Source: Podarcis filfolensis
Lineage: Eukaryota
NCBI GenBank assembly: GCA_964270895.1
Contig: OZ185448.1
Length of the DNA: 64,000 bases
Strand: one strand, 5' to 3'
Shown: in pieces, positions 32,701-44,100 of the stretch
Position numbering within the stretch: the first letter of the stretch is position 1
How the letters are laid out: every line of letters starts with the position of its first letter
Position numbers and translations under genes: made by a program
The notes under the pieces: generated by a model
Seen by the model: the letters and a program-made list of their open reading frames with translations, nothing else
Databases searched by the model: none
What the model was told of the DNA's origin: nothing

Positions 32701-34779
32701 TAGCACACCCCTTTGGGTCACTTTCCTCACCTGTTACTACTATCTCTTATGTCATCTTGGCACTAGGTGAAGACCTTTCTGCGTTTCTCTAGGCATCTTT
32801 AAATGTCTAAATAATCTTCTGCTGTGCTGCACACGCGTTCTTGTCAATTGTATTATTTTCTGTTGAGTATAAAAGCAGTTCTTAGAGAACATTACTGAAC
32901 AGTGGAGAATAATTTTTAAAGTGAATAGCTGTTCATGATCATGTTTAGTCTCTGAACTGAATTTCAATGCAGTTGTTTTAATGTTCTTTATTTAACAAAA
33001 TTCATAGTTTACAAAGAAAAATCAAAATACTAACTTAAAAATTGACAGAAGCAAGCATTTAAAAGAAGTCAACATGCAGCTTTTAAAATATAAATAAAAT
33101 CTGAGATTTTGATTGTGTGGAAATGTTTCACAGTTCTCTTGCAAGGGAAGAAGTGTAGTGCTCTATTTATGCTAAAGAATTAACTCTGCTAACTTCATCC
33201 TGTTTTCTAGACTTCTTGGAGGTAACACCTTACAACAAACACTACATTGGACTGCAGCTGCAAGCTGGCGGTGGTTTCATCCTGGAGGACTTCAATGAAA
33301 GCCAGGTCAGGAGCCAGAGCTGGGGATGCATGAAAGTAGCATCACCCAGGTTGGCAGTGGAGATTTATTTGGAGAGGGTGTTGGTGCTTTGCTGCTGTTT
33401 TCCTTTTAATGATGAAATGGATGCTTTTCTGGGTGTGGTCCAAGGGTGGCAGGTGTGTGATGGGTGGCAGCTTCACCTGCACACAGGTTGTCAAATGGGA
33501 ATTGCCAGTTGTTCTCCTTTCAAGACCTGGGATGAGAAAAGGAGGTGCCTGGCCATGATGCTTCTTGGAATGGGACAGATCTTGATAGGGGCTGCTTGAA
33601 GTAGAGGCAGAGAGAGCCTCTTTTCCTTCCACTGGCACAATTCTCAATTCTCTACTTCTGCCAGTATTGAGCCTTCCATTTTGCAGTTAGCCTGGCTGGC
33701 TAGCTGTCAAATAAGCATTTGACCACACTGGGTGTTTTATACTGAACCTGCAGCCTCTTCCAGGGCTTTGTGTTTCTATGGAAGCCCAGGTCCCAGCCTC
33801 CACTTCCTTTGTCCAGTGCAGTGCAGCCTACCAGTGCTTCCTGATAGCAGACAGACACTGCCGGAACCGGATTTACTTTCTGTGCCTTGCCCGAGGAATC
33901 CCCTGTGTGTCTCACGTCTGGGTCCATGACAGTTGTCATGCCAACCAGCTGCAGAACTACCGGAATTATTTGTTGCCAGCTGGTTATAGCCTGCAGGAGC
34001 AGAGGTTGCTGGACTGGTAAGTCCGTGAATGTTGGAGGGACCATGAGCAGCTTACCCACCTGGTGCAGGTGGAACAGGGTGGCATGCCCAGTTCCCTTGC
34101 AGTGGAGCTGCCTCTAACCTTTCCTTCTTTCTAGGCACTCCCGTGAGAACCCTTTCAGTAAGCTGAAGGTGCTTCTGGTGTCCAGTGAGCAGCAGGACTT
34201 CCTGGAGCTCTGGTCTGAGATTCTTATGATGGGAGGCGCTGCTTCTGTTAAGCTGCAGGAATCTGCCTCATGGAGCAAAGGTACAAGCCATGGAAGGCAG
34301 CCAGCTGGTTTCTGTGGCGGGTAGATTGGCAAGAGGCTCTCCATTGCCCACTGAGACATACCAATCCCCCTGTGCAGAAAAGAGGCCTGCTTTAACATCG
34401 ATTCCTGAGGGTTGCTGAGAAGTTGGATGAGGCAGGGCAAGAATTGATTGGCTGCTTCTCCCTTCACCCCTTTCCTTGTGTGGAGCTGCCATCCATCCTT
34501 TTCCAAAGGCAGCAAGATCAAGTACCTGGTGCTGTGAACAAGCAGGAGGAAAGGTTTGACCACACAGAGCAATTCTTGTTTTCTATTTCCACAGATGTGA
34601 GTCTGGCTGTGTTTGATGTCGTGGTGACTGATGCTTCGTGCCCAACAGCTTTCTTGAAATGTGCTGAAGCACTACAGCTGCCAGTGGTGACCCAAGAGTG
34701 GGCGATCCAGTGCCTCATTGCGGGGAAGAAAGTTGGATTCCAGCACCCAAAGTATCAGCTTGATTCTGTCCCCAGTTGA
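14101..34779 (+). CDS. TP53BP1: Tumor protein p53-binding protein 1 (53BP1), complete CDS, 25 coding exons, 5526 nt / 1841 aa
   Basis: Exons: 14101-14486, 14567-14625, 14918-15073, 16211-16253, 17019-17188, 18132-18237, 18904-18995, 19274-19431, 19825-20974, 22077-22196, 23033-23257, 23571-23622, 24098-24193, 25662-26151, 27204-27356, 29200-29483, 29976-30152, 30268-30662, 30772-30963, 31191-31385, 31616-31816, 33211-33305, 33817-34016, 34135-34280, 34595-34779. All phases join in frame; all introns are GT-AG except one GC-AG (24194-25661). Recognisable motifs: [32 protein letters not shown] (LC8 site), oligomerisation region [22 protein letters not shown], tandem Tudor ([21 protein letters not shown]...FDDGY), UDR ([17 protein letters not shown]), NLS and tandem BRCT. 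The 43-nt exon 16211-16253 is the least certain. Confidence 0.96.
18300..18495 (-). mobile_element. tRNA-headed reptile SINE with CR1-like tail; related copies near 15600-15755, 22455-22620, 42390-42545 and 56765-56930
   Basis: gctgcctta...actgagtcag...ccatctagctcagtattg...gaattgaaccttgggccttc...tgctctaccact (antisense A and B boxes). Confidence 0.6.
24282..24887 (-). mobile_element. Solo LTR (606 bp)
   Basis: Ends TGTGGGAATGT...ACATCCCACA (TG..CA inverted termini); perfect 5-bp TSD CCCAG (24277-24281 and 24888-24892); AATAAA on minus at about 24462-24467. Confidence 0.78.
26491..26604. mobile_element. Tc1/mariner (Tigger/pogo-like) MITE
   Basis: TIR CAGTCAAACCTC / GAGGTTTGGCTG with TA on both sides. 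Confidence 0.75.
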
Positions 34780-34889
34780 ATCTTTTTGCTTTGTGGAGGC
34801 TGTCATTGTCACCCAGGTTTTAAATGTCTGTGTCACTTGAAATGTGCATGAAGTGCTGTATATAGTTTTAACTTCTGGACTTTTATGAT

Positions 34890-34895
34890 AATAAA
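34890..34895 (+). terminator. Poly(A) signal AATAAA of TP53BP1
   Basis: About 110 nt after the stop, followed by a U/GU-rich stretch (ttttcttgttg). Confidence 0.6.
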
Positions 34896-35438
34896 CGTCA
34901 ATTTTCTTGTTGCAGTACCTAGGATTTCTCCTCTTACCATCTCTAAAGTGGCCCAGCATGATTGCTTGCAGCTGCCAGTGGAGGGAAGAAGGGAAAGTTG
35001 CTCATTTAATACGCTGACATCAATTGCTGTAGATGGCCTGTCCTTTTTATCCCTCGGTCCATGAGCGGTCTCATTCAAGGGTTCCCTAGAGTTCCTTAAT
35101 TACTTATACCAGCCTACACTCTGTGTAGATGCAGACTAGGATCTGCCAACAAACGTGGAGGTGTTTACACATTGTTGGTGTAGGACAGCTCATGAGTGGG
35201 AGGGGCAATCTCCTTGCAGAGACTCCTGCCCCTCAGATAAGAAAAAAATATATACACAGTGGATTGGGCACTAGCTAGAGTTCTTCCATGGTATGCTTTT
35301 GCTGCTTGGAAGAGTAGAAAAAAATGTGTGGGCTTGAGAAAAAAAGCAAAAATAAGGCTGATGGCAGAAGAAAATGAAACAAATAGGGGTGGAGGAGGGC
35401 AGGTTACCTGAAAGGCACCAGCAGTCTTGCACCACTTG

Positions 35439-35444
35439 TTTATT
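35439..35444 (-). terminator. Poly(A) signal AATAAA of TUBGCP4
   Basis: TTTATT on plus, about 560 nt after the stop; U-rich sequence follows on the minus strand (35340-35380). Confidence 0.5.
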
Positions 35445-36007
35445 CTCCTCTCCCTCAACGTGTGAGTGAGAGGAAAAGAAGCTGCACCAAACCCCACACA
35501 CAAAAAAGTAGAAAGAACACTTTCATTGGCAGACTCAGCCCAGAATGGAAATATACAGTATCTTCTCCCTGCTTCCGTATTTAGAGACACGAAATTACAT
35601 TTTCAAAAAAGCAACTTTCCTGCAGTTAATCGCACTTTTCCATTAAGAGTAGGTCAACGCTCGCCCTGATTTGCACAATGTGGCTTCTGGATGACGAGGG
35701 CAATGGGAGAACCTCCTTTGCTCACAGCCTTACTTGCAGTGCTAGCAGTAGAAAGAGCCAAATTCGCTGACAAGTGACAGCAGCATTTGAAAAAATTCAA
35801 AGTCAATGCTAAGCAGCACTTTCACTTCCAGAAAAACATGCAGCATAAGGAGAGCAGCACTAGAGACACATATAATGAAGCACACACTGACGGAGTCCTT
35901 TCTGAGTACCAGGATGAGGTCCCAATATCTCTCAGCACCTTCCCCTCCAGAAGTCAGGTTTGCTTCCCAGAAAAGGTGGCAACGGCCTTCATTGTGAGAC
36001 TGGTGGT

Positions 36008-39000
36008 CTATTCTAATCCCACACTGTAGAGAAAGAAGGGGCAGTTAATTAGAGGAAGGGCTCTGTGGCTGCAGAAGGGAGAAGGGTTGTGTAAATTGGG
36101 CACAGTAGCCAAAACTGCATGATGTTAGAGATGCACACACATATTATTTACAGACCACACAGCTGGTTATAAATACATTTATATCCCACCTTCTGGCTCC
36201 CAAAACAGAAACAGCAGAAAGTCTAGATGATGCCTAATCACATCCCTCTCACCAGCAGCTCTCAAATAGGCTTAAGACCTTGTGTGTTTCTTGGTTAGTA
36301 ACAGGCCTGTGTAATTAAAGATTCCCAGTCCTTGGGAAACCTTAAGCCCAAGAAGGCAAGGAAACGCAGGCTAAGGATGGCTGTAGAAGAGTCCACATTC
36401 AGGCAGAGCCTCCCAGCACCAGCAGGAATATAAATAAAGGGGCTTGTGTGGTTTCCTGGCACTCGCCAAGGCCTACCTGCCCAAGGTGCCTCCAGCCTGG
36501 GTATAGTATTTGTTGTAGTCAAGACGTAACAGCAACTGAGCCAAGTCTGAATTGATCTGGTGATTGTGAACACTGGAAAGGATCTTGAAAAGGAGTGAAG
36601 ACTGACAGCTGAAGCCCTGCAAAGGTAAACAGCACCCATGAGCCATAAATTGAGGGCTCTGCCTTAGCAGAAAGGGCTGAACAGAGAGCACTTGAAGGCT
36701 ACTCGAACCCATATGGGGAGGAAGCATCCCAGGCAACTGCCCCACCTCATTGCTCACCCTTTGGGAATTGCTGTCCTGGAGGAGGAAAGGCTCCAGCTGT
36801 TGCTGCCAGTATGCCACAAGGGCCTGACCAAGGCTGTTTCTGATGAGCTTCATGGAAGAGCAATGGCTAGACTTCTTGAGTCCCCCCCCCTCCCCCACCC
36901 CATGCTGAATTCATCAGAGAGCTGCCTGCTCTGAGTTTCCAAAATGCTTCCACAGGAGAGATGCCCCAAAAGCTTTGGGCGATGTTTTTCAGGTAGAAAA
37001 GTGCAAGGCCCACCTTGGCCAGGATGCTCAGCTGGGCCGTCCCCCGCTCATCCAATGGTCCCCGGTTCTGGCTGACAAGTGAGCAGAAGCTGTGGCATAG
37101 ATCCAGTATTTCATTCAGACAGTGGAAAGCCTGCAAAACCAAAGAGCAGAAAGGAGATGAAGGCCCAGAGGGCCTCACCAGAGCAGATGCTTCTTGTCTT
37201 GCCCTTCCGCAGCCTGAGATAATGACAAGATTCAGCAGGATTATTTGTGGACTGGTTTACTCAAACCATTTCACTTCTTGCTTAGTAGAGCAATTCTTAA
37301 GGTCTAATGGAGCTGATGCAAACAAACAAAACAAAACAAAAATCTTCATACACTGCACAGCAGCTACCAAAGCCTGAAATTTCTGTTCAAGCATCATAAG
37401 CTGCTCTAAACCTGAGTTTCCAAGACCAATGAACATACCTCCTTGCCTGGTGCTCTGGGGAAGGACTTTGACAGGCTTCTCCAGATTGCCAAATGCTACC
37501 AAGTCACCAGGAAGACACTCCCTCCAAAAACACATGAAGGCAAACTGACACACTTGCAGTTCATTTATTTTCTATCCTGCTTTTCTATACAGACCTGTAC
37601 CTCATAATTCACTTTAGCAGGTAAGGGCTTTGGTTGTGCTCATGGCCAAGCAACACAGCCATGTTCACAAGGGTCTGGCTTTTGCTTTAGTTCCTTCTTG
37701 CCATGTTTGCATTGAAGTGAGCTAGGGGTGCTGCACTGGATGGGCATTTGGACTATTCGAACATGACCAGTTCTTCTCCTGGGGACACAAGGCAAACAGA
37801 CTATGGGGATCACTCACTGGTTTCAGCAGAATGAAGGACTGTGCTAGGAGATTGCTCAAGAAGTGATCATGCGCCAGTCGAATGCTCTCAAAGTCACGGG
37901 TGGAGTTGATCTGCTGCAGAAGTTGGGAGAACTGAGACTCCAGAACATCCACCTGAGGATAAGGAAAAGTGAGGGAGAATATACTGCCTGCTGTTTCCAG
38001 TCATTTCCAGCCATCAATTTTTGGTGGGAGATTTAGGGTATCTCTGGGAGAACTGGCTGGTGCATATCCCTTGGAGGAGCAGCACCGAAGCCTCAGAGTT
38101 AGCCCCTGAGACCTGTGTTGCTGCTCACCTGCAGGTAGTACTGCAGATTGTCTACAAGGAAAGTCATGTGATGGCGCAGTTGCCATTTGATGGCATCTGT
38201 CCTGTTGGATTCCAGGCGCTTGCACCACATCTGTAGAGCCCAGCAGTGCTGCAGCTCAGCCTGGACTCGACGCACACTTAGCAGGTACTTGAAGACCACA
38301 TTGTACCTGCAAGCCAAGAGGAAGGCAACAAAAGATAGCTGGGTCAGGTCTCTGGAGCTCAGACCAGGCCAGCATCTCCTCCTCCCACCCACTACAATCA
38401 ACCTTTTGACACCAAAATGCCACAGAATCCACCTGGAAACAGAAACGGATAAAGTGGCCCTCACTTTTCCAGGACGGCAGGAGTAAAGAGGATATGCAGG
38501 GGCCACTGCACTCTGTAGGAGAGCCCCAGAGCAGCCCAGCCTGATGCGGGGGATTCATGGGGAGACAGTTCCCGAGAAGGCGTATCTCGAGCTTGAGCGG
38601 CATCTGAAAAGGAAGCCAGGAGGCAGGTGGGCAACAATACGGCTGCAAGCCTTGCTGGACCCCACCCTCCTTCCCTGCCACCCTCCTTCTCATTTTATCA
38701 ATGGGCAGCCAATGCAGGTGAGAGACTTGCTCCAGGCCACCCAGGGGATTGACAAGACTGGCCTTGGGCTTTGAACTCCCAGCTTCCCAGACCTAGGGCT
38801 GCCATTCTGCCTCTATGGAACCAAATTGGCTTTGTGGCTCTGTGCTTGCAGTTGTGGTGGGGCCTAAACCTGCCCTGCTCAGGGCTGCTTAGCTCCCTGG
38901 CACCAGCACCCACCTCGGTGCTCCTTTCCATAATAGTGGATGGTCAGGTGAAGAAGAGGAAGCAGGTTGTCATCATCAAGCAGCACTTTGTGGGCAGACT

Positions 39001-41124
39001 GCTGGAAGGCCACATTCACATCTGAGGAGGAGAGCCAGACCAGAACGACTTACTCCAGAAGAGCACATAGTGAGCAAGGAAGGCACAGTCACCTGTTTCC
39101 ACTCTCCCACCCCCCATGCCCTTTTCAGAGTTTGTGCCACAACAGCTTACAGAGCCAAACTGTGCCTATGCAGGAGCCAAGAGTCTTGGTACAAAGGCTT
39201 GAGAAGCAGGGAAATATCTGAGTGGAGAGTCGTCGGTCTAATCCACCAACCTTCTCATCAGCTCAGCCTAATGGAAAAGCCAGATCCCATGAAACTCACC
39301 ATGTTCTGTCACTGCAGTGGGAGGTGTCTTCAGCATCTGCTGTGCAGTGTCAATGAAGGCCTGAAACAGTTCTCCTCTCCCCAAGAGATAAAAATCTTTA
39401 ATAATCTAGAAAGAAGGAGAGAATGACTAAATGCATCAGGATACAGAACCCAGGAGCCCCTGCAAGCAACACTCCACTGGCAGGAGTGAGTCTCCTCCTG
39501 CACAAAGAGAAAGGAACAGCTTTGGAAGCTCCATATGGAGATTTGCATGTACCTTCAGTTGTCCTATTAAATCTGATTCTTCCACCATGAGCTTCCATAA
39601 GTGCTAAGGGAGAGAAAACAGTCCATCAGCATCAAGAACCAGGGATTCTCAGCAGCAGCAGCTGCTGTGAGCACCTTCCACCCCACTGCAGCCAGGACTT
39701 GATCTGTTTGCTTTGAGTGACAGAGACTATTTGCCCATTGCTGGACAGGCTCTCATGCTCTATATGGCAGGACTGACAAACAGCCGGTCTATGGGATATT
39801 GTAACAGTTGAGGCTTTTTAAAAGCTTAATTATTGTGCAAGGTGCATTAGCAAAAGACAAATGTTAATTCTGGATCCCCACCTGTCACCCCTCCCCCCGC
39901 ACCAATTAGACTTTTGAAAAGCAGGGGAGAGGACTAATATCACCTCACTCTATGCATTGATCTGTCATTAAAATCAAATCTCCCCCACAGAGATTAGGCT
40001 TTATTAAAGCTTTTATTGTTGCTAATGGGAGCTTTTAACATAGTGAGGCTTTCTTGAGAGGGGAGAGAATTCACGGAATGGATGCTGGTGGTGGTGATGG
40101 GGTTGCTCTGGCCTGGCCTGGTGCTTTTGACTCCATCCCTGCCAGCTTCCTAGCATGTAATCCCAAGAAGGAATGTGACCCTCAGCCTGAAAAAGGTTTT
40201 CCAACAGGCTCTGGCGAGGGGTTTGCAAATGGCTCCCGGCTACCTCACAAAGAACTTAGCACATGCAACTCTAGAGCTACCGCTGACCTCCGCCACAGTG
40301 CTCCGTATCCAGTCCACCACTGTCTCAAAGTCCACCAGGTTGAAGAGAGGCTGCTGTTTGAGGCGATGCAGCTCAGCCGCAAAGGTGTCCTCCTGGTTCT
40401 TCAGGATGGAGCCTGTGAGGCAACAGAAGGCAAGGAAGGGTGGCCTAATCTGGACACAAGATGCCAGTCATGGCCTCCATCAGCAGAGCTTCGCAGAGAA
40501 CAAAGGCTGTTCAAGGCTGCATCAAGATCCAGCTTGGAAAAGTGGAGGAGAGGAAAAGGGGAAATTGCTCTCCCACTTTTTCAAGCGAGTTCTTGAATAG
40601 GTCAGAATTTAAGACTGGAGAGTGTTTGAATTGTAAGAATTTGAAGCCTTTCAAGCTCCTGAAACACACTGAGCTTCAATGAAGTTTTACATCTGTGAGC
40701 ACCAGAGCCTGTTCTCCTTTTTGCTTTGTGGCTGACAGATGCCAACAACCCGAGCTTATATAGTAGACGACCAAGATGCTTCAAATATTTTAAACAGATG
40801 GAAATGGAAAACAGCTTCACTCCAGCCCACTGAGGACTGTGCAGTGCATCTGATGGCAGCAGATGCAACTACAATTTGGGAAACCGGTAACAAAGCAGAC
40901 AATGGAGGTGGGCTGAGGACGGTCTGCCTTTGTTTTCTCCTGGAAACAGCTGGCTGGTATTAAGTCAAAAAATCTCTTGCTGTTCCAAAGTGGCCTTCCT
41001 AAGAGGAGGGCATTGTGGCTCCAAAATATTTTCAGTGCTTCCCAGTCGTTCTGTATTAAGTACAAATACCAGAGCTAGGAGGAAGCAGGTCCTTCCTTGG
41101 ACCTGTTTTAAAGTGTGTGTGTGT

Positions 41125-41156
<32 letters not shown>

Positions 41157-44100
41157 CCCCCCTTTCTCTGGCAGAGCAGAGCAACCATCAGAAAGCAGAG
41201 CAACCATCAGAGAGCTAGACCCAGCAGGAAGAAATTTTAATTCACTGTAAACATTAAAGGCACCTCCTTGGGGGCTGTATTGGTGAGGCAAAGCACCAAC
41301 AGGGCCTCACTTTTTCTTTTCTTTTTACCAAAAGCTATGGAGCCACCATAGTAGGGACACTGGTGGCGTTGTGGTCTAAACTACTGAGCCTAGGGCTTGC
41401 CAATCGGAAGGTCGGCGGTTTGAATCCCTGCAAGGGGTGAGCTCCCATTGCTCGGTCCCAGCTCCTGCCAACCTAGTAGTTCAAAAGCACATCAAAGTGC
41501 AAGTAGATAAATAGGTGCCGCTCCGGAAGGAAGCTAAATGGTGTTTCTGTGCGCTGCTCTGGCTTCGCCAGAAGCGGCTTTTTCATGTTGGCCACATGAC
41601 CTGGAAAACCTGTCTGTGGACAAACATCGTCTCCCTCAGCCAGTAAAGCGAAATGAGCGCCGTAGCCCCAGAGCCATTCGCGACTGGACTTAACTGTCAG
41701 GGGTCCTTTACCTTTACCTTTATGGAGCCACCATACTGTACCCCAAGGAAAGAGTGGCAGAGCAAGGGGAAGGGGTGGCTCAAGTGCTTTGCAGGGAGGG
41801 TCCATTCCATCTTGCGCAGACCCCTGATGACGCATCCCAGCACTTCCCTGCTGGGTGCCCTTATGAATGGACAGCCAAGAAGCAACCACCCTGCAGCTTT
41901 CAATCCTTGCTGCCCCCATGCAGAATGAAATGAGTCAAAGTGTCTCCTACCTTTTTTGGTAAGGCTCACATTTTGACTCTCAAACATCTGGACAGACTCT
42001 CCCACAAAAAGAATCTTCTCAGCAACTCGCACAGGGATGTAGGATGGCAGCATTTCAATCCGCAGAGAGAACTGCTTTGGGGATGGTGCCAACATGTTCT
42101 CCTCTTCAATCAGCCGCTGTTGGAAGGAGAGGTGAAAATGGGGGAAAGTCAAAGAACCCCACAGACAAACGTGGGGGCTCCAAGTAGAAAGCCCCACCCC
42201 CAATCCTGAGGTGTGTGTTAAGACTTAGTTGGAACCACCAAGCTGTGTCAGTGGGGAGCGGAGCAGGATTCTTGATCCATGAAACAATGGCTGAGGAGTC
42301 AGAAAAGAATACTTGAGCTATCAAAAAAGAAAGTTCTAGATCCAACTACAAAAAGATGACCGGAGGGGACTGAGCAGGTTTCACGAGGCAAGAGAGCACC
42401 TGGCTCAGTGACTAAGCATCTGCTTTGCACGCAAGCAGCTTTGCATGTCCAACCCCCCAACAACATCTCCATGTGGGACCAGGAGAAGCCTGTGAAGCCC
42501 TAGGGAGGGGCTGCTAGGCAGTGTGGACTATGCCGATCTAGAGGGATTGGGAGGCAGATTCAGATTTCTTTGTATCTAGCACCCAAACCTCACCATGTCC
42601 TGCAGCTCTCGCAGCTGTTTCCCCGTCAGCCCTCCGATCCCCAGGTCCTCCTCCTCCTCTTCTGGCTGAGCAGGGACAGACCCCGAGGAAGGGCCTTGCT
42701 TGATGAAGAACTCCTCATGTTGGTCCAGGAGCAGCCCGTGCAGCATCCAGGCAGAGAGCTGCTTGTACATGGCAGCATGGCACATGGCCAAGACCCTGGA
42801 GGGGGGCACAGCAGCAGAGGGAAGGGGGCTTGACCAGGCTGCAGCCACAATGGAGCTGGTGCCATTGGTGGCTGGAGACAGGGAAACAAGCACCATCCAA
42901 GGCAACAGTGGGACTTTAACTTATTCAGGGGGCAGGTTCCCGGGACCCATAACCTGGCATTCCTCTTTAGCGCTTGGGCAGGAGCCTCCAGGAGGGTTTC
43001 TTACTTTTCCAAAGCACGGCGCACGGGTGGCAGGCCACCTCGGCTGTGTCTGTGAACCACCTCCAGGATTTGACAGCCATGAATCTGCAAAGGAAAAGCA
43101 GATCCCTTGCAAGAGCTGATGTTGCCATATGTTCCTACAACACTGGCTGGCAGCTGGATTATGGAAGGTCCAGAGACCAGCTAGCCTAGATGGAGGAAGA
43201 GGAGCCCATCTTAAGCTCCTCATCCACATGCAGGCAGCATTTCCAGCTCCCTGCTCTACTTTTCTGCAGATGATGGTACCAGAACTCCTACTTCCCATTT
43301 TTCACCTCCACTGAGGTGAGAGAAATCAGCACCATCTCAGTTACACACAAGATTTGCCCTCTCTTTTCAAATCAAGCCAGGCAGGTGCCTATAAAAAGAG
43401 GGCCACCACCAAGGGAGATCAGGATTCTCAACTGTACCTTCTGGGTCTTTATTTGCTCCACCACAGTCATCAGTGAGGGGAAAAGGAGCTGGAACTGCAA
43501 AACAAGAATCAGCTGGTGAGGAATGATTTGCTAGTTTGAGACAAGGATGTGGAAAAAGAGAACAGAGTGTTGTACTTAATGTGACAGACAAGATCTTTTT
43601 CTAATGTGGGTTGGGAATCCTTCTATGAGCTGCTCCTCCCACTCACTGCAATAGGGAAGGCTATGCAGAACAGCCTGTGTGGTAAAGTGCCTTTCCTAAT
43701 TTCAATGTCACATAGCAAAATGGAAGTATCTTCCTTCTTGCACAGGGGCTTCATTTGTGTGTGGCCTTCATGCTTTGTCCCCCCCCCTGCAGTTGGGGCT
43801 CCCCCCCCCGATAGTCTACCTAAATAAGTAGACATCTACTAAGATGACCTCCCTAACTTCATTAATTCTTCAAGGAATGTTATTTGCCCCCTTTTAAGGT
43901 GCAGACACTGTACCTGCTGTGTAGGAGACACTCAAAGATAAAAGTGTCAGATTTCTCTTGCTTAGGACATCAGAAATTGGAACTGGCTGCCAAGATTCTA
44001 CTCACAGAGATTCACTCTGCCAAGGTACATTTCCTAAACCACACACAATTACTTGCACCACACTTTAGGTTTTTGCAAACTTTCTGTGTGATCAGGATCA

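Noticed and set aside
38530-38560. Apparent frameshift in TUBGCP4 exon 13 suggested by the ORF track
   Set aside because: Recounting the G5 run gives GAA TCC CCC GCA TCA, so the frame is intact.
41176-41213. Short tandem duplications (19 bp here; also 12 bp near 25433 and 21 bp at 59756-59797), considered as CRISPR-like or functional arrays
   Set aside because: Two adjacent copies without spacers; ordinary slippage duplications in a eukaryote.
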